From positions 86,651 to 150,650 of the IMG/VR virus record IMGVR_UViG_3300036783_000080: a DNA stretch of 64,000 bases; one strand, 5' to 3'. Positions within the stretch are counted from its first letter, which is position 1. Each line of letters opens with the position of its first letter. This document shows, in pieces, positions 26,695 to 34,931 of the stretch. Both the position numbers and the translations under genes were made by a program. The stretch is from a virus (lineage: Duplodnaviria > Caudoviricetes). A model generated the notes under the pieces. That model saw only the letters and a program-made list of their open reading frames with translations, was not told the origin of the DNA and made no database searches.

Positions 26695-26741
26695 AAATCC
26701 CTCCTGGGTAATATAAGGAGGGATTTCAAAATTATACTCTT
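26695..26741 (-). promoter_or_regulatory. middle-type promoter inside an RBS-sequestering hairpin
   Basis: AAGAGT-N18-CTTATATTA; 11-bp stem AAATCCCTCCT/AGGAGGGATTT. Confidence 0.7.
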
Positions 26742-27823
26742 GGTTTCAAGTTGTCAACATCTGGAGTTCTTAGTTTCATCTTTTTCTTTGGACGTTTTCC
26801 TTTTGCAAAGTCATATCCTCTTTCTGTACAGTAAGAGTTGAAATACTTCTGACTTTCGCAGAACCATCCTTCAAAACAACGTAAATCCAGTTCAGCATCT
26901 TCGTTTTGATATTTGTATTCAAGTCCTAACTTCTCAAACATAGCGTTGGCAACACTTGCTGTAAAGAATACAAGTTCAGTATAAGACATATTACCTTTGT
27001 TCTCAAACACATAGTCAACACCCTTTTTGCAACCTGGCCCGCAATTCGTCCAATAATCCGCTGTCCAGTTAACAAAAGGAATATCAGTCATTTCTTCAAC
27101 CATAGCTAAATCCAAGCACACTTCATAAGAGTTAAACATTCCAACAGCAGGAACTCGTGTCAGATAGTTGACTACTGATTCCATGTTATTCTTTTTATTG
27201 AATACAAAGTCAGCAATCTCATCTAAGTTGTCAATTACATATTGTAACAGACAAATAGCATTCTCTGTTTTGTCGCCGCTCTTTTCTTTATCTGGATTGG
27301 CTGATTTTAAATCGTTTACAAAGTAAGCGTCAGTGAAGATTGTTTTTCCTTGACGTTTACGTTCTCTCAGGTTGGCTTTTGCTCGTTCCCAATCAGATGA
27401 GAATGTTTCTGGGTGAATGTATCCGATTATATCCCATGTTTCAGGTCGTACAAACAAGCGATAGATGAAAGTGTTTAACAGAAGATACTTTCTTGACTCA
27501 TCTGTATCCTTTAAGTTTGGAAGAACGTTATCAATGTAATGTAACGTTACACGGTCAAGCTTTCTGTCAACATTAGTGAAATGATATGTTCCCATGATTG
27601 GGTCTGTTGTCCAAGGCTTTGGCTCCTGCTCCATAACACGTTTGTACCAGATATTTTGACGTTCAACCATATTTCTGAAGTACATTTCAAAGAAAGTTAC
27701 TCCTGTTTCTGGGTCAACACGCAACTTTACATCATCATTAGGTGTATTAATGTATTGTTCTTCCCAGTAAGGTTTATTTTCACGATTTAACGAACGCAAG
27801 AAAGCTCCATCAGTTTGTTTCAT
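26732..27823 (-). CDS. aGPT-Pplase1-type (amino acid/amine:DNA transferase) thymine hypermodification enzyme
   Basis: ERQNIW...PWTTDPIM..YHFTNVDRKLDRVT, GPGCKKG, EGWFCESQKY. Confidence 0.85.
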   Translation of the reverse strand: MKQTDGAFLRSLNRENKPYWEEQYINTPNDDVKLRVDPETGVTFFEMYFRNMVERQNIWYKRVMEQEPKPWTTDPIMGTYHFTNVDRKLDRVTLHYIDNVLPNLKDTDESRKYLLLNTFIYRLFVRPETWDIIGYIHPETFSSDWERAKANLRERKRQGKTIFTDAYFVNDLKSANPDKEKSGDKTENAICLLQYVIDNLDEIADFVFNKKNNMESVVNYLTRVPAVGMFNSYEVCLDLAMVEEMTDIPFVNWTADYWTNCGPGCKKGVDYVFENKGNMSYTELVFFTASVANAMFEKLGLEYKYQNEDAELDLRCFEGWFCESQKYFNSYCTERGYDFAKGKRPKKKMKLRTPDVDNLKPRV

Positions 27824-27835
27824 TTCAATTCCTCC

Positions 27836-28105
27836 TTATAATTTGTTTACATAGTATGTCTTTACAATATGACAAATAGTTACTTCTTCTGAGTACATAC
27901 CGCCAGTCTCAATAGACTCGGCTTTGTAAGTGGTTCCAAGGTCTACAATTTCATATCGAACGTTGTCAATTGTTATTCTTTCCCCAACCATATGTCTCAT
28001 ATCCGTTAGCGATTTAGATGTAAACGACATCACATCTTTATCTTCGCACATGAATATAATAGTATGTTTTACATTCTCAATTGGTTGTATCTTCAATTCT
28101 GTCAC
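27836..28105 (-). CDS. hypothetical protein (89 aa) between kinase and transferase
   Basis: ORF track; tight packing. Confidence 0.65.
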   Translation of the reverse strand: MTELKIQPIENVKHTIIFMCEDKDVMSFTSKSLTDMRHMVGERITIDNVRYEIVDLGTTYKAESIETGGMYSEEVTICHIVKTYYVNKL

Positions 28106-28106
28106 C

Positions 28107-28811
28107 TCATCTCGAAAATTCTTTTACATAGTTTAAGAATTGTTTTAAAGTGTCCTGCTTCTTGATAGAACTATTATCAACGACTATACTGTTTAATCCT
28201 TCATTTGCGAACTTCTCAGCGTTACGTTGTACAGTTCTCCACTTTCCTTCAATCTGTTCAACTTTGATTTTATGGAAAGTATCAGGAGAACGTCCTTTAA
28301 TACGTTCTAAACAAACTTCAAAAGGTGGTAAAAGGTTGTATATGAGAATGTCTCTATGTGGGCTTTGTCTCTCTTCCAGCTCTTTAAATAGATTTAAGTA
28401 TGTTGAGTAAATCGTTGAAGAAATTACACCCTCCATAAGTATGCTGAAAGGAGTCTCCCATAATGATTCAAGCGTTTGTAGTGTCTCCTCATTCCCTTTA
28501 AATCCATCCAAGCCGCCTGTCTTCGTTCTGTAACGTCCCATTGCTACAAATCCGAATGAAGGGAAAACAGTTGCTCTATCTTTTCCATCAATCGTGAATA
28601 TAAATGCTCCTCTGTCTTCTGCTAACATAGATAGTGGAACTGTAGATTTTCCTGAACCATTACATCCTCTAATATTAACAAGCATTAGTCCTTTGCGGTA
28701 CTTTATTCTGCCGCCGCAGTTTTGTTTCAATGTTTCTATGAACTCTGATACTTCAATTCGTTTTAGTTTGATAGAACTTCGTTCCATTTTATCACCTCTA
28801 GTATCAATCAT
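28107..28811 (-). CDS. P-loop kinase, 5-hmdU DNA kinase family
   Basis: NIRGCNGSGKST, MGRY...GGLDG, LMEG, PFEVCLERIKGR; second possible start at 28787. Confidence 0.8.
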   Translation of the reverse strand: MIDTRGDKMERSSIKLKRIEVSEFIETLKQNCGGRIKYRKGLMLVNIRGCNGSGKSTVPLSMLAEDRGAFIFTIDGKDRATVFPSFGFVAMGRYRTKTGGLDGFKGNEETLQTLESLWETPFSILMEGVISSTIYSTYLNLFKELEERQSPHRDILIYNLLPPFEVCLERIKGRSPDTFHKIKVEQIEGKWRTVQRNAEKFANEGLNSIVVDNSSIKKQDTLKQFLNYVKEFSR

Positions 28812-28813
28812 AG

Positions 28814-28870
28814 TTTCACCTCCAACGAGTTAGTACATAATAAAACGTTGGAGGTGAAAAGTTTTCTCCT
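28814..28870 (-). promoter_or_regulatory. middle-type promoter inside a perfect 14-bp inverted repeat
   Basis: AGGAGA-N18-GTTTTATTA; arms 28814-28827 and 28846-28859. Confidence 0.8.
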
Positions 28871-31487
28871 ATTCTTCAGTAGGTTGAAGTCCACTATAAT
28901 GAGCCTTGTCTAACACGTTGAGCTTTGCTTTACTACCTACAAGGAAGCCTTCAATGGTTTGTAAGAATGCTTGTTTGTAGTCTGGTTTAACAACCCACAT
29001 ATCGTCAACTTTTTCATAATACGTCATAACCTTCTCAAATAGCTCTTCATCTTTGAGTTGGTCTTCAAGCTCTGAAATCTCTTCTGGAGTGAATGACGCA
29101 AAGCTGACTTCAATCATTGGAGTCCAATTCTTCAGTTTGTCTACAACTGAAACGACATCCTGTCTTGATACAATCCCAGGAATAATAGGTGAGATTGCTA
29201 GAATTGTATAAACGCCAGCATTGAAGCACTTAATAAAGCTCTCAATGATTTGGTCTGGTGTATGAGCCTTCTTCGTTGGATAGACTGACTTCCATTTGTT
29301 GTTATCCATAGTGTTCAGATGAACTCTGACTTCACTCTGTGGATGTTGAGCTAATGCTTCCACAGCCCAATCGGGGACAACTCTTCTTGTTTCAACAGAA
29401 ATTGGAATGTCATGTTTTACGCAAAACTCAAAGATTGGTTGAGTTGCTTGATGACGTTCCTCACGATAATGGAAAGGTTCAATTGGGAAGTAACACTCAT
29501 CGTAACGTTGTCCAGCATCAAGATTCTGCTTCAGAAGTTCGCCATAATGTTTGTTCACACGTTTACTTCCATACGGTGCTGCAACAAAGATTCCTGAGCT
29601 TCTTTCCGTTTTAATTGGTTGTCGCACTTCCTCTTCCTCCTGTTCAGGTTCTTCCTGCTTCTGTGGTTCTGGTTGTTTCTCTTCTGGCTCTTCAAATTCT
29701 TCCTCTACTCTTTTGGCTTCATCTATTTCAGCCATAAGCTCAGCATACGTTTTTCCCTGCGGAGGTTTCACAGTTATTGCTTCTTTATCTTCTTTTTCAG
29801 GTTTGGGTTTATGAACAATGTTATCTAATATCTCGTTAACATCATCATCTCCATCCTCTTCTTCATCGTCGTCATCATCGCCATTCCCAGCCATCTGCTC
29901 CATTAAACTTGCGATAAAGTTGTCTGGCTCTTCTGACTGTTCTGCTTTCTTCTCTGGCTGTTTCTTCTCTTCTTTGACTTCTTCTTCAGGAGCTTCTTCA
30001 ACCACGTCCTCCTCTTCAACGTCACAAGGCTCTGGTTGAGGCTCTGGCTTTGGTTCTTCCTTAACCTCTCCTTTTGGCATATTTACAGGAGCTGACTTTG
30101 GTGGGAGAACTAAGTCATTGTATTCAGAAATCAATAGGATTTCTTTGTCAAGTTTCCCTAAAATGCTTTCAAACTCAGATTTATTCGCTCTTTGAACTCC
30201 ATTTAATGAAGCTACAAGAACAAGTTGTTGAAGTTCTTCTGGAAGAATATCCAAGTATTCTCTGTAGTCCATGTCAGTCGTTCCAGAACGTAGGATATAA
30301 TTGACAACCCATTCTACACATTGCACACGGAAGATTCCATCAATGTCAAGAATCGCTTGTTTAATAGTATAGTTATCCACATACTCCAATGCACGTTTCG
30401 TAGGTCTAGAAACAATACCTTTCTCAAGCATCGTTCCAAGGACTCTGTGAGCAATTGTCATATCTGCTACTTTCATAGCTTTTACCCATTCTTTGTAGTA
30501 TTGAGATTGTAACATCTCTATCTTCTTGTCACCTTGTTCAAAATCACCATAACGGAAGTCTTGTTCAGCAAGCTCCTTCAGTAACCACTCACGCTCAAAG
30601 TCTTCCTTCGTTTTGAAGACTGGGAACTCTCTTTCTTCGTAATAATGTTTAATCCATTTGTGGTTCTCCCAATATGCATAACGGGCTGCCCATCTCTCTT
30701 TATCCCGTCCAAAGTTCTTCTGCCACAGACGGTTGATTGTGAAAGTCATTAAGCCGCTACCCTTTTTCATGTGTCCGCCAATCCATTTAGAAGGTTCAGC
30801 AAATCGGAATAAATCATCATAGATATGTCCATCCCATACTAGTGAACGAGAATAAACATTGTTTGTGATACCTTTGGATGAGTAATTGAAATGCCAAGTT
30901 AATGGGCAAGGAATCCGTTGATGTTGAGAATCGCTCCAACGTTTCATTTCCATAAGTTCTTTCTGGATGTATCTGCGTCTTGTATATTCTAACAAGTCAC
31001 GCTCATAATGCCAGAATGTAACAATCCCTTTGTCATTCCCTTTATCTTGTAGCAGAAGGTCTTTTACAGCGTGTAACTGACCACGTCCTCCAACACGTTG
31101 CATATTCTGATATGAAGTGTTAGGAAAGATTTCATCACGCTCCATCATAATATCAAGCTGTGTTCTATCGTGTTCAGGTCGCCCAGTTTCAAGTCGGTAG
31201 TCCCAATCAGTCGTTCCGTGCCCTTTTACACGTGACATACGTCTTTGGTCATATCGAACATCTAAGCCACAACCGATACCCAGTTCACCTTCTACAACAT
31301 CAGAGTTAACACGAAGATACCAAAATAATGGGTCTGTATTGTGAGGCATAAACGTAACATAGTTGTCTTGCGTGTTATTTACTTGAAGGAAAACATTTCG
31401 CATATCGTAATTATTGTCAATCATTGCCTTCAAGGTTTTCATATAAGCATCCCAACAGTTTTCTGCTTCAATAACGTTAAAAGCCAC
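28869..31487 (-). CDS. multidomain protein: divergent thymidylate-synthase-fold domain, acidic linker, radical-SAM-like barrel lacking CxxxCxxC
   Basis: GQLHAVKDLL...RIPCPLTWHF...YSRS...IYDDLF; C-terminal EPF...ISVETR...HLNTMD...AGVYTILAISPIIPGI. Confidence 0.6.
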   Translation of the reverse strand: MAFNVIEAENCWDAYMKTLKAMIDNNYDMRNVFLQVNNTQDNYVTFMPHNTDPLFWYLRVNSDVVEGELGIGCGLDVRYDQRRMSRVKGHGTTDWDYRLETGRPEHDRTQLDIMMERDEIFPNTSYQNMQRVGGRGQLHAVKDLLLQDKGNDKGIVTFWHYERDLLEYTRRRYIQKELMEMKRWSDSQHQRIPCPLTWHFNYSSKGITNNVYSRSLVWDGHIYDDLFRFAEPSKWIGGHMKKGSGLMTFTINRLWQKNFGRDKERWAARYAYWENHKWIKHYYEEREFPVFKTKEDFEREWLLKELAEQDFRYGDFEQGDKKIEMLQSQYYKEWVKAMKVADMTIAHRVLGTMLEKGIVSRPTKRALEYVDNYTIKQAILDIDGIFRVQCVEWVVNYILRSGTTDMDYREYLDILPEELQQLVLVASLNGVQRANKSEFESILGKLDKEILLISEYNDLVLPPKSAPVNMPKGEVKEEPKPEPQPEPCDVEEEDVVEEAPEEEVKEEKKQPEKKAEQSEEPDNFIASLMEQMAGNGDDDDDEEEDGDDDVNEILDNIVHKPKPEKEDKEAITVKPPQGKTYAELMAEIDEAKRVEEEFEEPEEKQPEPQKQEEPEQEEEEVRQPIKTERSSGIFVAAPYGSKRVNKHYGELLKQNLDAGQRYDECYFPIEPFHYREERHQATQPIFEFCVKHDIPISVETRRVVPDWAVEALAQHPQSEVRVHLNTMDNNKWKSVYPTKKAHTPDQIIESFIKCFNAGVYTILAISPIIPGIVSRQDVVSVVDKLKNWTPMIEVSFASFTPEEISELEDQLKDEELFEKVMTYYEKVDDMWVVKPDYKQAFLQTIEGFLVGSKAKLNVLDKAHYSGLQPTEE

Positions 31488-31505
31488 TATTCAATCACTC
31501 CTGTT

Positions 31506-31973
31506 TTATTGATATGTTTTCTTTAAAGCCATAATAAGTCGCATTTTGTGAATGGCTGGACTTTCATAATGCTTACAAGTTCCGCCACGAGCTTCCAATA
31601 GGTCTTTAAGCTCTTCAACACTCATACCTTTAGTGTTTGGCATTCCTTCAGGGATTTCCTGCTGTTTCTTCTCTTTTTTCGGCTTCTCTTGTTTCTCTTC
31701 AACAGGAGCGGCTTCCACTTCTTTCTCTTCTGGTTCTTGCGGCTGAGTAGGGAATGGAACTTTTGGTTTGTTCGCTTCCGCATTCTTCAATGCCTGTTCC
31801 GTTTCAGGGTTGAGTTTCTTCATATCGTTGAACACGCTGTTCGATTTTGTCTTGGCTGCGCATTCCTGTTGTAAGTCGCACATCTTACATTCTTTCACCG
31901 TTGGTTCAAAAGCCTTTCCAAAACAAGGTGAACTTTCCATCTGGTTTAATAAATCTGGGTCTGTAAATGCCAT
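31506..31973 (-). CDS. Cys-rich regulatory protein (possibly SPO1 gp27-like)
   Basis: PCFG...ECKMC...EC plus C-terminal helix-extended-helix; directly downstream of sigma. Confidence 0.55.
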   Translation of the reverse strand: MAFTDPDLLNQMESSPCFGKAFEPTVKECKMCDLQQECAAKTKSNSVFNDMKKLNPETEQALKNAEANKPKVPFPTQPQEPEEKEVEAAPVEEKQEKPKKEKKQQEIPEGMPNTKGMSVEELKDLLEARGGTCKHYESPAIHKMRLIMALKKTYQ

Positions 31974-32716
31974 TACGCAATAACCTCTCTTTCCTTGTTT
32001 ATAACAAGTTCTGTAATAAACTTTATCTCTTTAATTGCATTGTCGAATTGTTTAGATGTAATACCAAGAGAGTCACGAATATGTTTGTATTTAACTTCAG
32101 CTTTACGTGGCAAGTTTACCTTTTTGCCTTGGTCACGTAAACATATTTTTCTTGCTCTATCTGCCCAAGAGTGCCACAATGTTTTAGGTGATGGATTAAT
32201 AATCTCACATAAAACAGCGATAGCTATGTCTGAATCAAGATTGTCTCGAATTTCTGCTGTCATTCGGTCATAACCTGATTCCACTTCATATGTAGGTGCT
32301 TCCCCAGTTGTTAAAAGAGCGGTTTCAAGGTCGTTTTCTCTTCTTGGCTTCGCCGCATCTTTAATCGCACGATACAGCGAAGTAGTAAATAACATTTTGA
32401 ATTCTTCAATAGGAAGATGGTTATACTTGTCGTAAATGTCATACAGTTTAATAATGCCAATTTGATACAAGTCTTCAACACTCAGAGATTGGTCAATGTA
32501 ATTGGCTCTATCCAGATAGACTTCTTTCGCTGCGTGTTTTACCAAATTAACGAACTTCGCATAAACAAAATCCCACTCCAACTTTGGTCTGTCCCCATGT
32601 TTGTTTTTCATAATGATGGGGATTCTCAGAATTTTCCCACTTTCATCCACTGTTGGTTTCTTTTTATCTCTGTTAATGATGATTGGGATTCTCATAATAG
32701 TTCCGCTCTTGTGCAT
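31973..32716 (-). CDS. phage sigma factor (putative middle sigma, SPO1 gp28-like)
   Basis: SVEDLYQIGIIKLY region 2; C-terminal HIRDSLGITSKQF HTH; in the early operon. Confidence 0.75.
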   Translation of the reverse strand: MHKSGTIMRIPIIINRDKKKPTVDESGKILRIPIIMKNKHGDRPKLEWDFVYAKFVNLVKHAAKEVYLDRANYIDQSLSVEDLYQIGIIKLYDIYDKYNHLPIEEFKMLFTTSLYRAIKDAAKPRRENDLETALLTTGEAPTYEVESGYDRMTAEIRDNLDSDIAIAVLCEIINPSPKTLWHSWADRARKICLRDQGKKVNLPRKAEVKYKHIRDSLGITSKQFDNAIKEIKFITELVINKEREVIA

Positions 32717-32751
32717 TTCAGCCTTCCCCCATATTCAGTTTTCAAATTGTA

Positions 32752-33006
32752 TTACATCAAATCTTGTGCTTTTGTCAGAAACTCGTTTACAAGTTGTACT
32801 TCTTCAGAATCAAGGTGGAATCCTTTACCCTCTTTCCAAGGTTCTTCTGTGGACTTTCTCCACCATTTCTGAAGAGACACTTTCTTTTCCCCTTCTCTTT
32901 CAATTAACAATACACGTACCGACTGTGTTCCAGATTCTTTTTCCAAACTCCCAAGCTCTTTTACCACTTTTGTCTCTTTGTTATTGAAGATTAAATTCTC
33001 AACCAT
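32752..33006 (-). CDS. PC4/YdbC-like ssDNA-binding protein
   Basis: VSLQKWW...WKEGKGFHL. Confidence 0.7.
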   Translation of the reverse strand: MVENLIFNNKETKVVKELGSLEKESGTQSVRVLLIEREGEKKVSLQKWWRKSTEEPWKEGKGFHLDSEEVQLVNEFLTKAQDLM

Positions 33007-33009
33007 TTT

Positions 33010-33219
33010 CTATTCCTCCTCAATTTGGTATTCTATATTTAAAGAATCCAATCTGTATTCACGTTTAAGCTGCTTCACCATCTTATTGAATACAGAAAAC
33101 GGAATATCAGACAAATCCGATTCTAACAACCCTGTCGCCTTATCAATTCTGATGTAACCTTCTGGTGATTTAAGTTCAAGTGTCGCTTCATTGTTTTCAA
33201 CTTCAAACTTGTCTTTCAC
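33010..33219 (-). CDS. hypothetical protein (69 aa)
   Basis: ORF track; RBS GGGGAG. Confidence 0.65.
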   Translation of the reverse strand: MKDKFEVENNEATLELKSPEGYIRIDKATGLLESDLSDIPFSVFNKMVKQLKREYRLDSLNIEYQIEEE

Positions 33220-33257
33220 TGAAACATACTCCCCTTTCAGTTAAAAACTACTTGGGA

Positions 33258-33818
33258 TTATTTCCCAAGTAGTGGTAATATTACATCGTGTTTCGCTTTC
33301 AAGGATTCATACTTTTCTTTCCACATAAGAGCTTCTTGACGGAATTGTTCTTTTTCTGTGGCCAACTTTTCAGTTCTTGCGTACCCAGATTCAACGATAG
33401 ATAACAAGTCAACACTCATCGTTGTAGTAGCTATTTGTTCAACTTTTGGTACAATCTTCTTCACAGGCTTTTCTTTAGGAAGGGAAGCTTCAAGTTGAAG
33501 CTCCTCCTCTTTCCCAGCTTGTCCTACCTTTAAAGAGTATTGTGTGTCTTTATTCTTTTTCAACCAAGTTTCAGGAGATGCAGAATCAAGCGGCGTTCTC
33601 CCAAGGAAGTCCCCAAGGATTCCTCTTTTGTCAAGCTGAGTCATAGTTGAAAAGCGTGCTTGGATGGCTGAACTTGAAATGACTTTAAACTTCGTTGAAA
33701 GTTCTTCGCCCATCATTTGATACATAACGCCCATTTCCAAACCATCTTTCTTCGCTTCTGCAAGCGTTTCCCAGATATAGTTGTCTTGCTCAACTGTGTA
33801 CTTCCCTACGTTAGCCAT
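33258..33818 (-). CDS. Myb/RsfA-like N-terminal domain plus coiled coil
   Basis: KYTVEQD...SSSAIQARF; C-terminal coiled coil. Confidence 0.45.
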   Translation of the reverse strand: MANVGKYTVEQDNYIWETLAEAKKDGLEMGVMYQMMGEELSTKFKVISSSAIQARFSTMTQLDKRGILGDFLGRTPLDSASPETWLKKNKDTQYSLKVGQAGKEEELQLEASLPKEKPVKKIVPKVEQIATTTMSVDLLSIVESGYARTEKLATEKEQFRQEALMWKEKYESLKAKHDVILPLLGK

Positions 33819-34039
33819 TATTTGTTACCTCCCTTTTTCTTCTTCGTTTTAGGAACATATTTGTAAACCTTTTCCTGTTCGTAAACGTGAATATTTTCTT
33901 CAGGGATTCCAATAAATAACAGTGTGCGAACTAAGTTGTCTTTACCTGTTTCAGATTTCTTTATATCAGATAAAGTAGTACCAGTTTTAGAGCTTTTCCA
34001 CATTACTAGGTATATTGTATTTTCGTTGTGCCAAGACAT
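33818..34039 (-). CDS. hypothetical protein (73 aa)
   Basis: ORF track; RBS GGAGG. Confidence 0.7.
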   Translation of the reverse strand: MSWHNENTIYLVMWKSSKTGTTLSDIKKSETGKDNLVRTLLFIGIPEENIHVYEQEKVYKYVPKTKKKKGGNK

Positions 34040-34088
34040 ATTCGTTTCTCCTCCATAACCAAATCTTTATATTTTTCCAGAACTTTAC

Positions 34089-34121
34089 TAACAGAACGTT
34101 TACCTTGTAAAACTTTCTCCT
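34089..34121 (-). promoter_or_regulatory. phage middle-type promoter
   Basis: AGGAGA-N18-GTTCTGTTA. Confidence 0.6.
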
Positions 34122-34128
34122 GAGCTCA

Positions 34129-34860
34129 TTAGTTCTGAGCTACAGGAGATTGGATACCAGCTTTCTTCAGAGCGTCAATAACCCACATACGGTTAATCTT
34201 TTCATCAGCAGTGACAGTCCAAGTTAAATTGTTTTGTAAAGCTAACGCTTCCAAATCTTTATATGGAATATTTCTCCAAGAAGACTTTTCAATCTTTGGT
34301 CGTTTTTGACCTGGGAAATATTTTTCTCTCATCGCCATTGATGCTCTCATACGGTTGATACCCTTATGACTGTGCTCGTTCCAAGTTACGCCTAAAGACT
34401 GAGCTAGTTCAATTACTTCTTCACCAGACATCCCTTTCATAACTTCGATGAACTCTTCCATATCAGAGAAATCAAATTCACCAGCTACTTCTTCAGCTTC
34501 TTCCTCAGAAGACTCTTCTTTCTCTTCAGTTTCAGAAGGCTCTTCAACTTCCTCTTCTTCTGATTCAGGAGCTTCTTCAACTTCTTGCTCCTCTTCCTCT
34601 TCAGAAGTTTCTGGTTCAACAACCGCTTCTTTAACTTCAGCCGCTGGTGTTTCAACTTTCTCTTCCGCTTTTACTTCAACTTCAGCTTGTACTTCGTTTC
34701 CTTCTTTAAGAAGTTCTTGGAACTCAGCTTCAGTCATTTCTTTAAGACCTAATTTTTCAAAGTCTTTACGGAAGACACGACTTTTACCTACATGTGCAGC
34801 AACCTTTAACATACTTGAGAAAGCTTTCTTTTCTTCTACTAATACAAAAACGTTTTTCAT
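34129..34860 (-). CDS. acidic early protein with two C-terminal helix-extended-helix repeats
   Basis: Glu-rich middle; repeats ending INRMRA and INRMWV. Confidence 0.75.
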   Translation of the reverse strand: MKNVFVLVEEKKAFSSMLKVAAHVGKSRVFRKDFEKLGLKEMTEAEFQELLKEGNEVQAEVEVKAEEKVETPAAEVKEAVVEPETSEEEEEQEVEEAPESEEEEVEEPSETEEKEESSEEEAEEVAGEFDFSDMEEFIEVMKGMSGEEVIELAQSLGVTWNEHSHKGINRMRASMAMREKYFPGQKRPKIEKSSWRNIPYKDLEALALQNNLTWTVTADEKINRMWVIDALKKAGIQSPVAQN

Positions 34861-34931
34861 TTTAACCGCTCCTTTTTCTACTTGGTTAGTGTTTTTGAGG
34901 CTTATTACTATCTTTCCTTAAGCTCAACTTT

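Noticed and set aside
26731-26757. Perfect TTGACA/TATAAT sigmaA promoter for the HNH gene
   Set aside because: Spacer is only 15 nt; the middle-type promoter fits better
28869-29600. Active spore photoproduct lyase / radical SAM enzyme
   Set aside because: No CxxxCxxC motif, so it cannot be called an active radical SAM enzyme
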